Below are positions 29,318 to 38,937 of a stretch of DNA of 64,000 bases, one piece after another. The stretch's first letter is position 1; every line of letters starts with the position of its first letter. Made by a program: the position numbers and the translations under genes. The stretch spans positions 62,001 through 126,000 of the forward strand of contig JAVYOA010000002.1 of NCBI GenBank assembly GCA_038734945.1, given 5' to 3'. Source of the DNA: Fervidicoccaceae archaeon. GTDB taxonomy: Archaea > Thermoproteota > Thermoprotei_A > Sulfolobales > Fervidicoccaceae. The notes under the pieces are model-generated. The model saw nothing but the letters and a program-made list of their open reading frames with translations, did no database searches and was not told where the DNA came from.

Positions 29318-29361
29318 GTTTCTAATATAGTGGGAGCAATTCTCAATATTAAAGGGGAAAA

Positions 29362-30540
29362 TTATTTTCTTCTGAAAATAGCGGCAAAGAATCCTATTGT
29401 ATCGTGGAAGCCCGGAACAAATCTTGCCACAGGATGATCTGTAAGCTTTGATTGAGGAAAGGGGAAATTTGGATAGACCGGCTCCAGAGGTAGATTATTC
29501 AGGGCCCACTCAACTTGCCCCTCATTCTCCTCATATGACAGAGTGCACGTTGAATAAGATATGAGCCCTCCAGGCACAGTTATTCGTGCTGCTTCCTTCA
29601 GAAGCTGTCTCTGAAGGCTAACCAAGTTCCTTAAATCTTTTTCATTGAATTGAATGGAGAGTCTAGGTCTATTTCCAAGTCCTGTGCATGGGGGATCCAA
29701 GATGGTAATATCGGCCCTTATTTGAGGATGATCGAGAGATATGAATCTAGAGTCACCTTTTAAAGCTATAACACTAGAAGCTCCTATTCTGCTGAGCTCC
29801 TTCTTCAATCTAAGTATCTTATTTTGAGTATGGTCAAACGCATAATAGATCCCTTTCCCCCCAGTAATTTCATACAGGTGACCAATCTTTCCTCCTGGAG
29901 ATGCTGTCATATCAACAAATATCCTGCCAGCTGGAGGATCAAGCATCCTGATTAGAAGCATGGACGGATAGGATTGATCAGTTATTATTCCCCTGCTGTA
30001 GGAATCAAGCTCCCTCACCTTGGGCATCTTGTATAGAGAGGAGACTACTTTTACTGCTATGCCCCTAGACCTTCTGTTCACTTCGTTTGGCTCTATCAAT
30101 AAGATTCCTTTTGCTACAGGAATACCGTTTTCATCGGTTACAGTCACTTCATCACCCTTGCGAGCATTGATTAGTTTCTTCAAGCCAGGAAGATAGAGAT
30201 CAGCTCCAAGCATGACTCTTTCAGCAGCTTCCCTCTCAGCAACCGCTATTTTCTCTGAGGGTTGAATTGGGTCTCCTGGTAAAACCTCGATATAAATTGC
30301 CTCGTCGAGTAATCCAGATTTCCTAGCCTGTATTCCCTCAAGCTTGAGAACCTCAATTGCTTCATCTGTGGATAACTTCAATCTGTTTATTCTCAGGAAG
30401 TATTTTCGCATGGGCTGAAACAATGAGCATAGCAGTCTCTTCGTGCTTATCCCATAAGCAGAGGAAACTGATTCGAGCGTGTTCTTTAGAGTTTTGGAGG
30501 AACCCAGATCACTTTCAAATCTCTCGCATAGATCAGTCAA
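29362..30540 (-). CDS. PUA-domain RsmB/NOP2 (NSUN6-like) RNA m5C methyltransferase
   Basis: GADLYLPG PUA domain, DMTASPGGK, LDPPCTGLG, YSTCT, EENE. Confidence 0.92.
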   Translation of the reverse strand: MTDLCERFESDLGSSKTLKNTLESVSSAYGISTKRLLCSLFQPMRKYFLRINRLKLSTDEAIEVLKLEGIQARKSGLLDEAIYIEVLPGDPIQPSEKIAVAEREAAERVMLGADLYLPGLKKLINARKGDEVTVTDENGIPVAKGILLIEPNEVNRRSRGIAVKVVSSLYKMPKVRELDSYSRGIITDQSYPSMLLIRMLDPPAGRIFVDMTASPGGKIGHLYEITGGKGIYYAFDHTQNKILRLKKELSRIGASSVIALKGDSRFISLDHPQIRADITILDPPCTGLGNRPRLSIQFNEKDLRNLVSLQRQLLKEAARITVPGGLISYSTCTLSYEENEGQVEWALNNLPLEPVYPNFPFPQSKLTDHPVARFVPGFHDTIGFFAAIFRRK

Positions 30541-31159
30541 CTTCCAACTCCTCTAAGATCCTCGAAAAAGGGATTGCTCCCTCTCTTACTAACTTTATCT
30601 CATTCCCTGTTACATCTATTATCGTAGATGGTTTCCCAATCTTAGAAGGACCAGAATCGATTACCACGTCTACATCTCCTATTTGCTTAAGAGCACTCTC
30701 TGCTGTAGTTGGAGGTTCTCTTCCAGATATGTTCGCACTGGTCCCAACTATCATTCCTCCAATGAAATCAGCGAGGATTCTTGGAATAGGATGATCGGGG
30801 ACTCTTATGGCTATCTTTCCCTCCTCATCGAGGAATTGGCTCAAGAAATTGATTGCTGGATATATTTTAATTGTTAGGCCTCCTGGCCAGAACTTCCTAG
30901 AGAGCTTCAGCATTGCGTCATTGGTCTGCGCTATTCTGAGAGCAACATTGATGCTTGAAATCAGAATTGGAAGCGGCTTTGCCTCCCTCTTTTTGAGCTC
31001 ATATATTCTATTAACAGCATTTCTATTCGTCACATCGCATCCTAGACCATATACAGTATCCGTTGGATAAATGGCAATACCCCCTTTTGCAAGTATTTTT
31101 CCTGCTTGCTCAATTTCTCGGAGGGTTGCTCTAGCTGGATCAATTTTTAGGAAAAGCAT
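30533..31159 (-). CDS. tsaC: L-threonylcarbamoyladenylate synthase (single-domain TsaC/YrdC type)
   Basis: YPTDTVYGLG, LKKR, FWPGGLT, IRVPDHP, TSANISG, PSTIID, REGAI; no C-terminal SUA5 domain. Confidence 0.92.
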   Translation of the reverse strand: MLFLKIDPARATLREIEQAGKILAKGGIAIYPTDTVYGLGCDVTNRNAVNRIYELKKREAKPLPILISSINVALRIAQTNDAMLKLSRKFWPGGLTIKIYPAINFLSQFLDEEGKIAIRVPDHPIPRILADFIGGMIVGTSANISGREPPTTAESALKQIGDVDVVIDSGPSKIGKPSTIIDVTGNEIKLVREGAIPFSRILEELEVD

Positions 31160-31225
31160 TCAGTTCACCTTTCCCAGTTGATTCCAAATTGAACCATAGC
31201 TCATGTTTTTTATATGAGAGGGATT

Positions 31226-32674
31226 TTAAGCATGTGTGAACTTGCTCCTTTCAGCTGCTGTTATCAGCTTCTCCCCTTCTTTAGCTATTGATAGGGCTCC
31301 ATCAATAGTTAGCCCAGCCTTCAAATATAGATCGCTGAGCGATTTCAGAACATCGTTATCTCCGCTGACCATAACCGTTATTAAGTAAATATTTTTCCAA
31401 GATGTATCCCTTCTCATCGTGAATTTATCCTCTCCGTCAGTTATAAGGAAAATAAATGCTCTGTTATTTCTCATTTGCTTGCCTACGTCCTCTAGAGCAA
31501 CTCCCATCGCCTTTTTTATGTCTGTTCCTCCATTTGAGGCAATTTTAAGAACAGCCTCAATCATGCTGGGAAAAGAGCTCATTGGATTGTTGTACGGATA
31601 TGGTTCCGAATCAAACATTCTCATAAATACGCTCATTCCCCTCATGTAGGCCAACCTTATGAAGAAGAGAGCTATGCTTCTAGACCAAATCAGCTTATGC
31701 CCTGACATAGATCCGCTCTTGTCCAGCAAAACATAGAGAATTCCTTTTTTGCTGATCTCCTTCTCTAGTGATATGAGACCTTCTCCATAGTATTTGGAAA
31801 TGAAAAGATCTCTGGGCAGAGAGAACTCTCTGGGAAGGGCTCTTTCGATTTTCTTTGTCCTCCTATAGCCTCCAATTTCTTCGCCATGGAGGCTTGTTTC
31901 CTTCTTCATGTGTACGGTTTTTGGAAAGACATCAGTGAGCTTCTGAAGCAAATCGATAATTTCCTGTGCTTCCCTTACCTGCATTATGAGTTCTGTTAGA
32001 TCAAGCAATCTTCTCACATCACCCTTTTCTCTGCTTGCTCCCCCACTGAAGCCTATGTCCTTGAGCTGTTTTGCTCTAGAAGTATAAGCTGAGGCCTGAG
32101 AGAGAGCCTGAGCCATAGCTCTTTCAGCTGTTTCCCTATCAGCAAGCTTCTCCTCTATTTGAATTTCTCCCTCCTTCTCTTTTTGAGCTTGGGGTGCGGC
32201 TTGTCCGCTCATGACATCCTTTTTTTCGCTTTTTCCACCATTCTCCGTCTCCTGTAGCTGAGGTCTTTTTCCTTTGCCTGGGCCCTCGAGCTCTCCTCTC
32301 CCCCCTTTGCCTTCACTCACTGAAGTTGTCAGGCTTTCAATCAGCTTTCTGAGGAACACTGTTGAGAAGATAAGTGACGTATGTTCATCCAATACTGTTG
32401 AAGCACGAGCTTTCATGAAATCGTTTGACGTCATGTATCTGTAGAAAATTAACCTTGCATTTTCAAGAAGCTCATCATTATTGTGATCAGAGAGCATTGG
32501 ATGAGCTGAATAGTGAAGGAAGAAAGCATCGGTAGAAAGCAGAGTCAAACGCTCATTTTTCGAGGCTTGTGATGCTAGATCTTCTGGCAGCAATGAAATA
32601 ATAAGCTTGGATATTACATTGTATATGTAATCCTTGTTAGTTATATTCAGAAGAAGATTTTGAAGCTCAGTCAT
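31226..32674 (-). CDS. von Willebrand factor A domain protein (ViaA/CoxE-like)
   Basis: MIDAS LDKSGSM, NGGTD, ITDG; low-complexity E/G/K/Q linker; ALPRE motif. Confidence 0.9.
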   Translation of the reverse strand: MTELQNLLLNITNKDYIYNVISKLIISLLPEDLASQASKNERLTLLSTDAFFLHYSAHPMLSDHNNDELLENARLIFYRYMTSNDFMKARASTVLDEHTSLIFSTVFLRKLIESLTTSVSEGKGGRGELEGPGKGKRPQLQETENGGKSEKKDVMSGQAAPQAQKEKEGEIQIEEKLADRETAERAMAQALSQASAYTSRAKQLKDIGFSGGASREKGDVRRLLDLTELIMQVREAQEIIDLLQKLTDVFPKTVHMKKETSLHGEEIGGYRRTKKIERALPREFSLPRDLFISKYYGEGLISLEKEISKKGILYVLLDKSGSMSGHKLIWSRSIALFFIRLAYMRGMSVFMRMFDSEPYPYNNPMSSFPSMIEAVLKIASNGGTDIKKAMGVALEDVGKQMRNNRAFIFLITDGEDKFTMRRDTSWKNIYLITVMVSGDNDVLKSLSDLYLKAGLTIDGALSIAKEGEKLITAAERSKFTHA

Positions 32675-33833
32675 TTTTGCTCTGTTCCTCTTTTAGCTTG
32701 GAAATTAGGTTTCTTGCCTCAATGACCTTCTCCCTCAAGCTGGAACTATACGATTCAAGCCTCCGGCTTTCACTTGCTCTCTCCAGAATAAGCTCTGATT
32801 TAGAGAGAACATCATCCAGCGCTCTTACATTTGATTCTGCTGGGACTGCTCTGGTTCTGCTGATTATATTGGAGAGCTCTGCTTCCAGAGTTTTGATTTG
32901 TCTTATCTTATAATCGTAGGATGAGAGGCCTACTTTGGCAAGAACTTCCTCAACCTTCTTAACTTCATCCTCTGTAGATGGTGCCGTTAACCTTATGGCA
33001 TCTCCCAAAGAGTCAAGAGAAACGGTGCTTTCTCTATATATGAATGATATAGCAGAAGCCACAATCAGGGTCTTAACTTTCCTCCTATCGCTGAGCTCTA
33101 TTGCCGAGCTCTTCAGCTCCGCAAGCACTTCCATGTATTTGTTGATAAAGGAGTCATTAGAAATGAGTTCTCTTGCTCTAGTTTTAACAATTTCCTGGAT
33201 TCTCCTTATCTCCTCTGAAGTCAGAATGGGCTGAACCTCCCTATATTGATTTGTCTCAAGCAGTATGCCCTTCTCTAAAAGCTTTCTCCATGAATCGAAG
33301 CCCACGTTTCCATGGAAGTCCCTTATTGTTAACCTGTCATAGAGAGCAGCATCCTCGCTTTCAAGACTAACCTCGTTTGTTGCTGTATATATCGTCAATA
33401 TTGGAGCTCTTATATATTCACTTCCATTGAAAACTCTCTTGTATAGTATTATATCCAGCAAGAAGTTTCGAATAGCGCTTGACGATCTGAATATTTCATC
33501 GAGGAATATAACCTCAGCCTCGGGAAGTCTCCCCCGTGTAATCCTAACATACCTTCCCTTTCTCAGGGCTGCAACATCTATGGGACCAATCAGCTCATCA
33601 GGTTCTGTGAATTTTGTTAATAAATAGTAAAAATACTTGGCGCTTATCAGCATTGAGAGGAGCTCAACAAGCTTTGTTTTTCCTGTTCCTGGAGGCGAGA
33701 TGAAAACTGCCGGCTCACCGGAAATGAGCGCAGAAATCGCTGCCGTAACTTCTTTTTCTCTCTCAACAAGCTGCTGGTTCAGGCTATTTCTCAATGAATA
33801 TATCTTCTGACTCAGAACTTCGTATTCATTCAT
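32667..33833 (-). CDS. MoxR-family AAA+ ATPase (RavA-like)
   Basis: PPGTGKT, YLLTKFTEPDELIGP, LDEIF, ATNE, ALYDR, LSDRR. Confidence 0.92.
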   Translation of the reverse strand: MNEYEVLSQKIYSLRNSLNQQLVEREKEVTAAISALISGEPAVFISPPGTGKTKLVELLSMLISAKYFYYLLTKFTEPDELIGPIDVAALRKGRYVRITRGRLPEAEVIFLDEIFRSSSAIRNFLLDIILYKRVFNGSEYIRAPILTIYTATNEVSLESEDAALYDRLTIRDFHGNVGFDSWRKLLEKGILLETNQYREVQPILTSEEIRRIQEIVKTRARELISNDSFINKYMEVLAELKSSAIELSDRRKVKTLIVASAISFIYRESTVSLDSLGDAIRLTAPSTEDEVKKVEEVLAKVGLSSYDYKIRQIKTLEAELSNIISRTRAVPAESNVRALDDVLSKSELILERASESRRLESYSSSLREKVIEARNLISKLKEEQSKND

Positions 33834-34088
33834 TCCGCATTATCCTCTTTTTATTATATTTTTCAGTTAAGGGATTAATTTAAAATTGATATATAAAGAA
33901 TGAAAGTTTTCTCACCTCTTCTGATATTGATGACCTCCTTCTAAAGAGATAAAGCTTCAGTTTGTAATTGAGATATGCTAGTAGAATTTTCGATATAACT
34001 TTATAACTTTCAAATTACCTGCTTTATAACTAGCAGGAGGTGCAGGACCTGCTAATATGGAACTTATAGGGCTGGAGCTGATGTTTGT

Positions 34089-34874
34089 TTGGTTCCTCAG
34101 AAAAAAATTTATAGGAAGAAAATTTCTGTGGCAATAGACATACTTAGCGAAATATCTGAGAAGATGATAGCTGATAGAGATAAAGTGATAAAGCTCCTGA
34201 AGGAAAAATATGAAGAATATAGGATATCGCCTTTCAGGGGGATCGCGCAGCCAGAGGATCTTTATGACAAGGAAATGGCAACTCTCTACGTTGTTGGAAA
34301 ATATGGCATGGGTTTGGACGAGGATTATCCAGAGATATTCGAAAGGGTTTTTGAAAAGGAAAAGAAGTATGAAGCTTTTATTAATGCTATTATCCCCGAG
34401 CAGGGGAATGGAGATTCCAGAGCTAGACTGCTTGAAAAGCTAGGTTCCAGCGAGCTGTCCAGCAATGACGTTGCCAGAATTCTAAGGATCGTCTTCACAA
34501 AGGTAATTTTTGGCTTTGCCCAAGACGATGAGCTATTGAACCTAATGAACAAGATTGAGAAGTTCTTCCCGGAAAATGCAAAGGATGTTAGAAATTTCAA
34601 GAGATTCTTTATTGGTTTCAAGCTTGCTGAAATGATAGCAACAGGAGAAATAAGGAGCAGGGTTGAGAAGGAAGCAATGAAGCAGGCACTAGTTCTCAAG
34701 CTTGGAAGCGGAAAAACAGCACCTGATGATAAATATGTTTCAGTAATTGCGAGAAAAGTATTCAAGGTTCCTGGAGAAAAGATTGAGAAGCTTTTGAGCT
34801 TGGGGGAAAGTGGTGAAGAGTCAAGGAGGAGTAGAGGGGAAGAGGTTGCGACTGATAAAAAGGCTGACGGCTAA
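34089..34874 (+). CDS. DUF2192-like crenarchaeal conserved protein
   Basis: ISPFRG, DLYDKEMATLYVVGKYGMGL, KEAMKQAL motifs recalled for this family. Confidence 0.7.
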   Translation: MVPQKKIYRKKISVAIDILSEISEKMIADRDKVIKLLKEKYEEYRISPFRGIAQPEDLYDKEMATLYVVGKYGMGLDEDYPEIFERVFEKEKKYEAFINAIIPEQGNGDSRARLLEKLGSSELSSNDVARILRIVFTKVIFGFAQDDELLNLMNKIEKFFPENAKDVRNFKRFFIGFKLAEMIATGEIRSRVEKEAMKQALVLKLGSGKTAPDDKYVSVIARKVFKVPGEKIEKLLSLGESGEESRRSRGEEVATDKKADG

Positions 34875-35703
34875 TTCGGCTAAACTGAGTGTTGAGAACT
34901 CACCAATACCTCCTGTGAACTTGCAGGAAGGGGAGGTTCCAATAAGAATGGAAAGAGTGCTTCTATCCCCCTTAGATCATTTAGCTATTCAAGGAATGCT
35001 TCAGAGAAGATACTTGGGAACTTTTGGATTTGGAAAAGTGCTGGAGAGAACTTCTCAGGACATACCTGAAACAGCAACAATTTACCCAGCTAGCTGTGAG
35101 CACTTTCCGCTAATAGGGAGGGAGGGGACAGGAAGTGAAATATATCCCTATCCAGCAAAGATGATAAAGCATCCCAGAAAGTCTCTTGAGCTACCTGAAA
35201 TGCAGTTCATATTCGACTCGGTTTTTACCATGGCTCATCTCTCAGAAGGGCAAATTCTCATAGTTGGAGGGGAAGGTCTACAAACAGTTCTGTTGAGCAA
35301 CGTGCTCGAAAAAGCATATCTTGTTGGAGTGAAGAAGAGACTTAAGGGCATGGGAAACATCACTCTTCTTTCTGAAGATGGGATCCTCAATACAAAGTGG
35401 GACACGGTTGTGCTTAATAGCTTGAACTTGACTAGGGCAATTAACTTATTGAGAAAAATAAGGTGGAAGAAAATAGTAATTAACCCGCTTTCTGCATGTC
35501 TCTCAAGGCTCGTTCCTATCCCGCTCAATGGATCCTTTTCAGCTATTGTTGCCTTTCCATCGATCCTCAACGAGGTTTCAGGAGATTATGAAACTATGCA
35601 GAAAGCTGTGAACGAGAGCGGAATGCATGAGGAAATTTCATTGAGGGAATTGAATAGTGAAATTTCTGCTCCATATGTAACAGTGCTGATGAATGGTGAG
35701 TGA
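34810..35703 (+). CDS. Degenerate MDR/zinc alcohol dehydrogenase-like protein
   Basis: EGEVPIRMERVLLSPLD and LGTFGFGKV align by eye with GEVLVKV...ICGTD and LGHEGAGVV; catalytic Zn ligands absent. Confidence 0.55.
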   Translation: MVKSQGGVEGKRLRLIKRLTANSAKLSVENSPIPPVNLQEGEVPIRMERVLLSPLDHLAIQGMLQRRYLGTFGFGKVLERTSQDIPETATIYPASCEHFPLIGREGTGSEIYPYPAKMIKHPRKSLELPEMQFIFDSVFTMAHLSEGQILIVGGEGLQTVLLSNVLEKAYLVGVKKRLKGMGNITLLSEDGILNTKWDTVVLNSLNLTRAINLLRKIRWKKIVINPLSACLSRLVPIPLNGSFSAIVAFPSILNEVSGDYETMQKAVNESGMHEEISLRELNSEISAPYVTVLMNGE

Positions 35704-36137
35704 AGCTGAGAGAGTGTCGCAAATCTATGAAGATTATGAGCATTTTTCTACCTCTGTTGAATTCAAGTATATTGATCTACTCAATAGTCATTTACCTTTT
35801 ATCTCTAAGTTTCATTCTTTTCATGCGATATCTGATGATCTATATCATTACAACACTCACCCTTTCCGCTTTTACTAACGCATTACTTTCAGTTATTGTC
35901 TATAGAAGTAGGGAAAATTACAGAGAAGATCTCTTATACGCTTCTGTCCTCTCCTTTCTAACGGCTGGAGGATACTGTGCAGTGAAAATGAGAGAAATCG
36001 ATCAAAATGTTAGTTCTAGATGGATGTGGGCCACGATTGTTGCTTCGCTTGGATTCATGACATCTTTCTGGATGTATTACTTTCTAGATAAATGGTGCAT
36101 CAGGTCGTATATAGATGATTTTTCCTTCTCTGTTTGA
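35700..36137 (+). CDS. Hypothetical membrane protein
   Basis: Four hydrophobic segments; GTGA overlap with upstream gene. Confidence 0.6.
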   Translation: MKLRECRKSMKIMSIFLPLLNSSILIYSIVIYLLSLSFILFMRYLMIYIITTLTLSAFTNALLSVIVYRSRENYREDLLYASVLSFLTAGGYCAVKMREIDQNVSSRWMWATIVASLGFMTSFWMYYFLDKWCIRSYIDDFSFSV

Positions 36138-36355
36138 GAACTCGCATAGCATAAAACCTCATTTTCAAGCTGAAGAATTATTCCTGTCAACTCTGGCTAA
36201 TTGAAGATGTTTTTGTCTGAGAAGCAAATGAAAAATGTTGAAAAAAGAGATCTCGTATAAAAGTTATAAAAGGACATGTTGGGCTTAACTATTCTACAGC
36301 ACTTGGAAGTGTGAAAAATCAAGGTTTCCCAACCGGTTGGGGAAGGTGAAAATGT

Positions 36356-37651
36356 TTGGAAAAGTTTGGAAAAGTTCAGGATGCTTTTTCCCATGCAGAG
36401 AATGAAAAAATAAGAATAAGGGGATGGATATATAGAAAGTTTCATGTCGGAAAGAAGATTTTTCTATGGGTTAGAGATTCAAGCGGTTACATACAGTGCG
36501 TTGTTGAGGAGGAGAAGGTTGGAAATAACATATTTGCTCAGTTTGAAGAAGCAAGAAGAGAGAGCAGTGTTGAGATTGAGGGAAAAGTGAGAGAAGATCC
36601 GAGGGCGCCGGGTGGCAAGGAAATTGAAGTGTCGTGGGGAAAAGTTGTAGGATACAGCGATGACTTTCCAATCAAGGGAGGAGAGGGAGTAGAGTTCCTT
36701 TTGGATAATAGACATCTCTGGTTAAGAAGCATGCAGCTCACATATGTTATGAAGATAAAGCACTCAGTTTTGAAGCTACTTAGAGAGTTCTATGTGAATG
36801 ATGGATGGTATGAGACAACACCTCCCATATTAACATCTTCTGCTGTTGAAGGAGGAGCTACCCTGTTCAAGGTAGACTATTTTGGGGAGCCTGTTTATCT
36901 CAGCCAGAGTGCCCAGTTTTATTTGGAAGTCCTCATATATAGCCTAGAGAAGGTCTTCTCGATAACTCCAAGCTTTAGAGCTGAGAGATCAAGAACGAGA
37001 AGGCATCTCTCTGAGTACTACCATTTCGAGGTTGAAGCTGCATGGATGGACATGGATGAGCTCATGAAAGTCACGGAGAAAACAATTGAGTATGTAGTAC
37101 AGGGCGTTTTGGATGAGAGAAGTAGAGAGCTTGAATTGTTAGGAAGAAATGTGGAAGCTCTGAAAAGGGTAAAGCATCCCTTTCCAAGAATATCTTACAC
37201 TGAAGCTATTGATATCCTTAGAAGAGAGGGAGTGCAGATAAACTGGGGAGATGATTATGGAGCAGATGAGGAAGCTCTGCTCACGAGAAAATTCGAAACT
37301 CCGTTTTTCATAACGCATTTTCCCAGAAGCATAAAGCCTTTCTACATGAAAGTAAGTGAGAATGATGAAAGAGTAGTCAAGGGTTTTGACCTGCTTGCAC
37401 CTGAGGGCTATGGAGAAATAGTTGGAGGAAGCCAAAGAGAGGATAACTATGAGGTTCTTCTGAGCAGAATAAAGGAGCAGGGCTATGATCCGAAGGACTA
37501 CTACTGGTATTTGGATCTGAGGAGATTTGGAAGCGTTCCACATAGCGGATACGGCCTTGGTGTAGAGAGAGTGACGATGTGGATATCTGGTCTGGAGCAC
37601 ATAAGAGATGCTATACCATTTCCCAGGTTCAGAGATAGAACAAAACCATAG
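36356..37651 (+). CDS. asnS: Asparagine--tRNA ligase
   Basis: OB-fold IRGW, RHLWLRS, VEGGATLF, YLSQSAQFYLE, FRAERSRTRRHLSEY, GEIVGGSQRE, PHSGYGLGVER. Confidence 0.93.
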   Translation: MEKFGKVQDAFSHAENEKIRIRGWIYRKFHVGKKIFLWVRDSSGYIQCVVEEEKVGNNIFAQFEEARRESSVEIEGKVREDPRAPGGKEIEVSWGKVVGYSDDFPIKGGEGVEFLLDNRHLWLRSMQLTYVMKIKHSVLKLLREFYVNDGWYETTPPILTSSAVEGGATLFKVDYFGEPVYLSQSAQFYLEVLIYSLEKVFSITPSFRAERSRTRRHLSEYYHFEVEAAWMDMDELMKVTEKTIEYVVQGVLDERSRELELLGRNVEALKRVKHPFPRISYTEAIDILRREGVQINWGDDYGADEEALLTRKFETPFFITHFPRSIKPFYMKVSENDERVVKGFDLLAPEGYGEIVGGSQREDNYEVLLSRIKEQGYDPKDYYWYLDLRRFGSVPHSGYGLGVERVTMWISGLEHIRDAIPFPRFRDRTKP

Positions 37652-37670
37652 ATTTTTTGGAGGAACGAAT

Positions 37671-38351
37671 TTGAGGCTCTGTGTCCTCTATACGGGAGGA
37701 AAGGATTCAACATACGCACTTCATCATGCAATCGTTTCTGGACATGAAGTGCTCTGTATATCTGCCGTTCAGCCTGCCTCGGAGGATTCCATGCTATTTC
37801 ATGCTCCTGGAATCAAATACTTGAAGTTCTATGAAAATGCGTTCGGAATACCATCATATGTCATGAGCGGCTCAGGAAGAGAAGAAAGTGATCTGGAAGA
37901 GCTTCTGGTAAGGCTCAAGAGGGATTTTGAAATAGATGGAGTAGCTGTAGGTGCTATAGATTCTGATTATCAGTTCATAAGATTTTCATCAATTCTTCGT
38001 AGAAATGGTCTAAAGCTATATGCGCCTCTCTGGAGAAAAGATCAGGAGGAATATATGAGGAGACTACCAAGAGAAGGCTTTCATTATATTATCACAAAGA
38101 TATCGACTTATGGCCTTCCACTTGAGTTTATGGGAAGAGAAGTAGATATGGAAATGACAGAGAAGATAATTCAGCTATCGAGAAAGTTCGGTTTCAATCC
38201 TGCATTCGAAGGAGGAGAAGCTGAAACGATGGTGATAGATGCACCTCTCATGAAATGCAGAATGGAGCTTCAGGGTAATATCGTGAGAGTCAGCATGTTC
38301 GAGGGGTATTACTCTATTTATTATATAAATTGCTTGAATAAGAGGATATAA
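37671..38351 (+). CDS. Diphthine--ammonia ligase (Dph6, PP-loop ATPase); start revised to TTG 37671
   Basis: LYTGGKDS, SMLFH, GAIDSDYQ, APLW, EGGEAET; GGAGG RBS before TTG. Confidence 0.9.
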   Translation: MRLCVLYTGGKDSTYALHHAIVSGHEVLCISAVQPASEDSMLFHAPGIKYLKFYENAFGIPSYVMSGSGREESDLEELLVRLKRDFEIDGVAVGAIDSDYQFIRFSSILRRNGLKLYAPLWRKDQEEYMRRLPREGFHYIITKISTYGLPLEFMGREVDMEMTEKIIQLSRKFGFNPAFEGGEAETMVIDAPLMKCRMELQGNIVRVSMFEGYYSIYYINCLNKRI

Positions 38352-38414
38352 GCTCGGAATAACCTTAAAAATCCTTTTGATGTATTAATGGCATGAAGAT
38401 GAAGGGTCAACGAG

Positions 38415-38828
38415 ATGGAACAGGCTGAAGAAAATCAGGAAAAAAATATGGAGGATATAATCGTAGGAAAGCACGTATATGGCAATCTATATTCAATGGA
38501 CGAAGAACTTCTAGGAAATGAGGAGTTCCTTCGAAATGTTATGATTGAAGCTGCCAAGATCGCCAATGCTTCGATCGTAGAAGTTAAGAGCTGGTCTTTT
38601 CCAGGCAAGAAGGGTGGGGTTAGCGTAATAATTCTTGTAACAGAGAGCCATCTAGCCCTTCATACCTGGAAAGAGTATAACTATGCTACGCTGGACATCT
38701 ACACATGTGGAGAGCATACGAGGCCTGACAAGGCATTTGAATATGTAGTAGATGCTCTGAAGCCAAAGAAGGTTGTCAAGCACAGGACTTTGAGATTGAG
38801 CAATATTGAGGCAAACAGATCCTTCTGA
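38415..38828 (+). CDS. speD: Pyruvoyl-dependent SAM-decarboxylase-family proenzyme, probably the crenarchaeal arginine decarboxylase paralogue
   Basis: [17 protein letters not shown] self-cleavage site, HTWKEY, DIYTCG. Confidence 0.88.
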   Translation: MEQAEENQEKNMEDIIVGKHVYGNLYSMDEELLGNEEFLRNVMIEAAKIANASIVEVKSWSFPGKKGGVSVIILVTESHLALHTWKEYNYATLDIYTCGEHTRPDKAFEYVVDALKPKKVVKHRTLRLSNIEANRSF

Positions 38829-38937
38829 AGAAGTTTTTGAAGTTGAAAAAATTTGAATTTTTTTGCTGAAATCCCTTTTTTCCAAATTAGTAGAAAGAGA
38901 TGTCTTTTGAGATTTTTCAGAAGAGATATAAAATCAG

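Noticed and set aside
31180..31195. TTCCAAATTGAAC mini-ORB-like motif
   Set aside because: Single imperfect copy in a 66-bp intergenic region, with no unwinding element or initiator gene adjacent
33898..33950. Possible second box C/D sRNA (CTGA followed by TTGATGA)
   Set aside because: Internal D'/C' look plausible but terminal C and D boxes are poor matches
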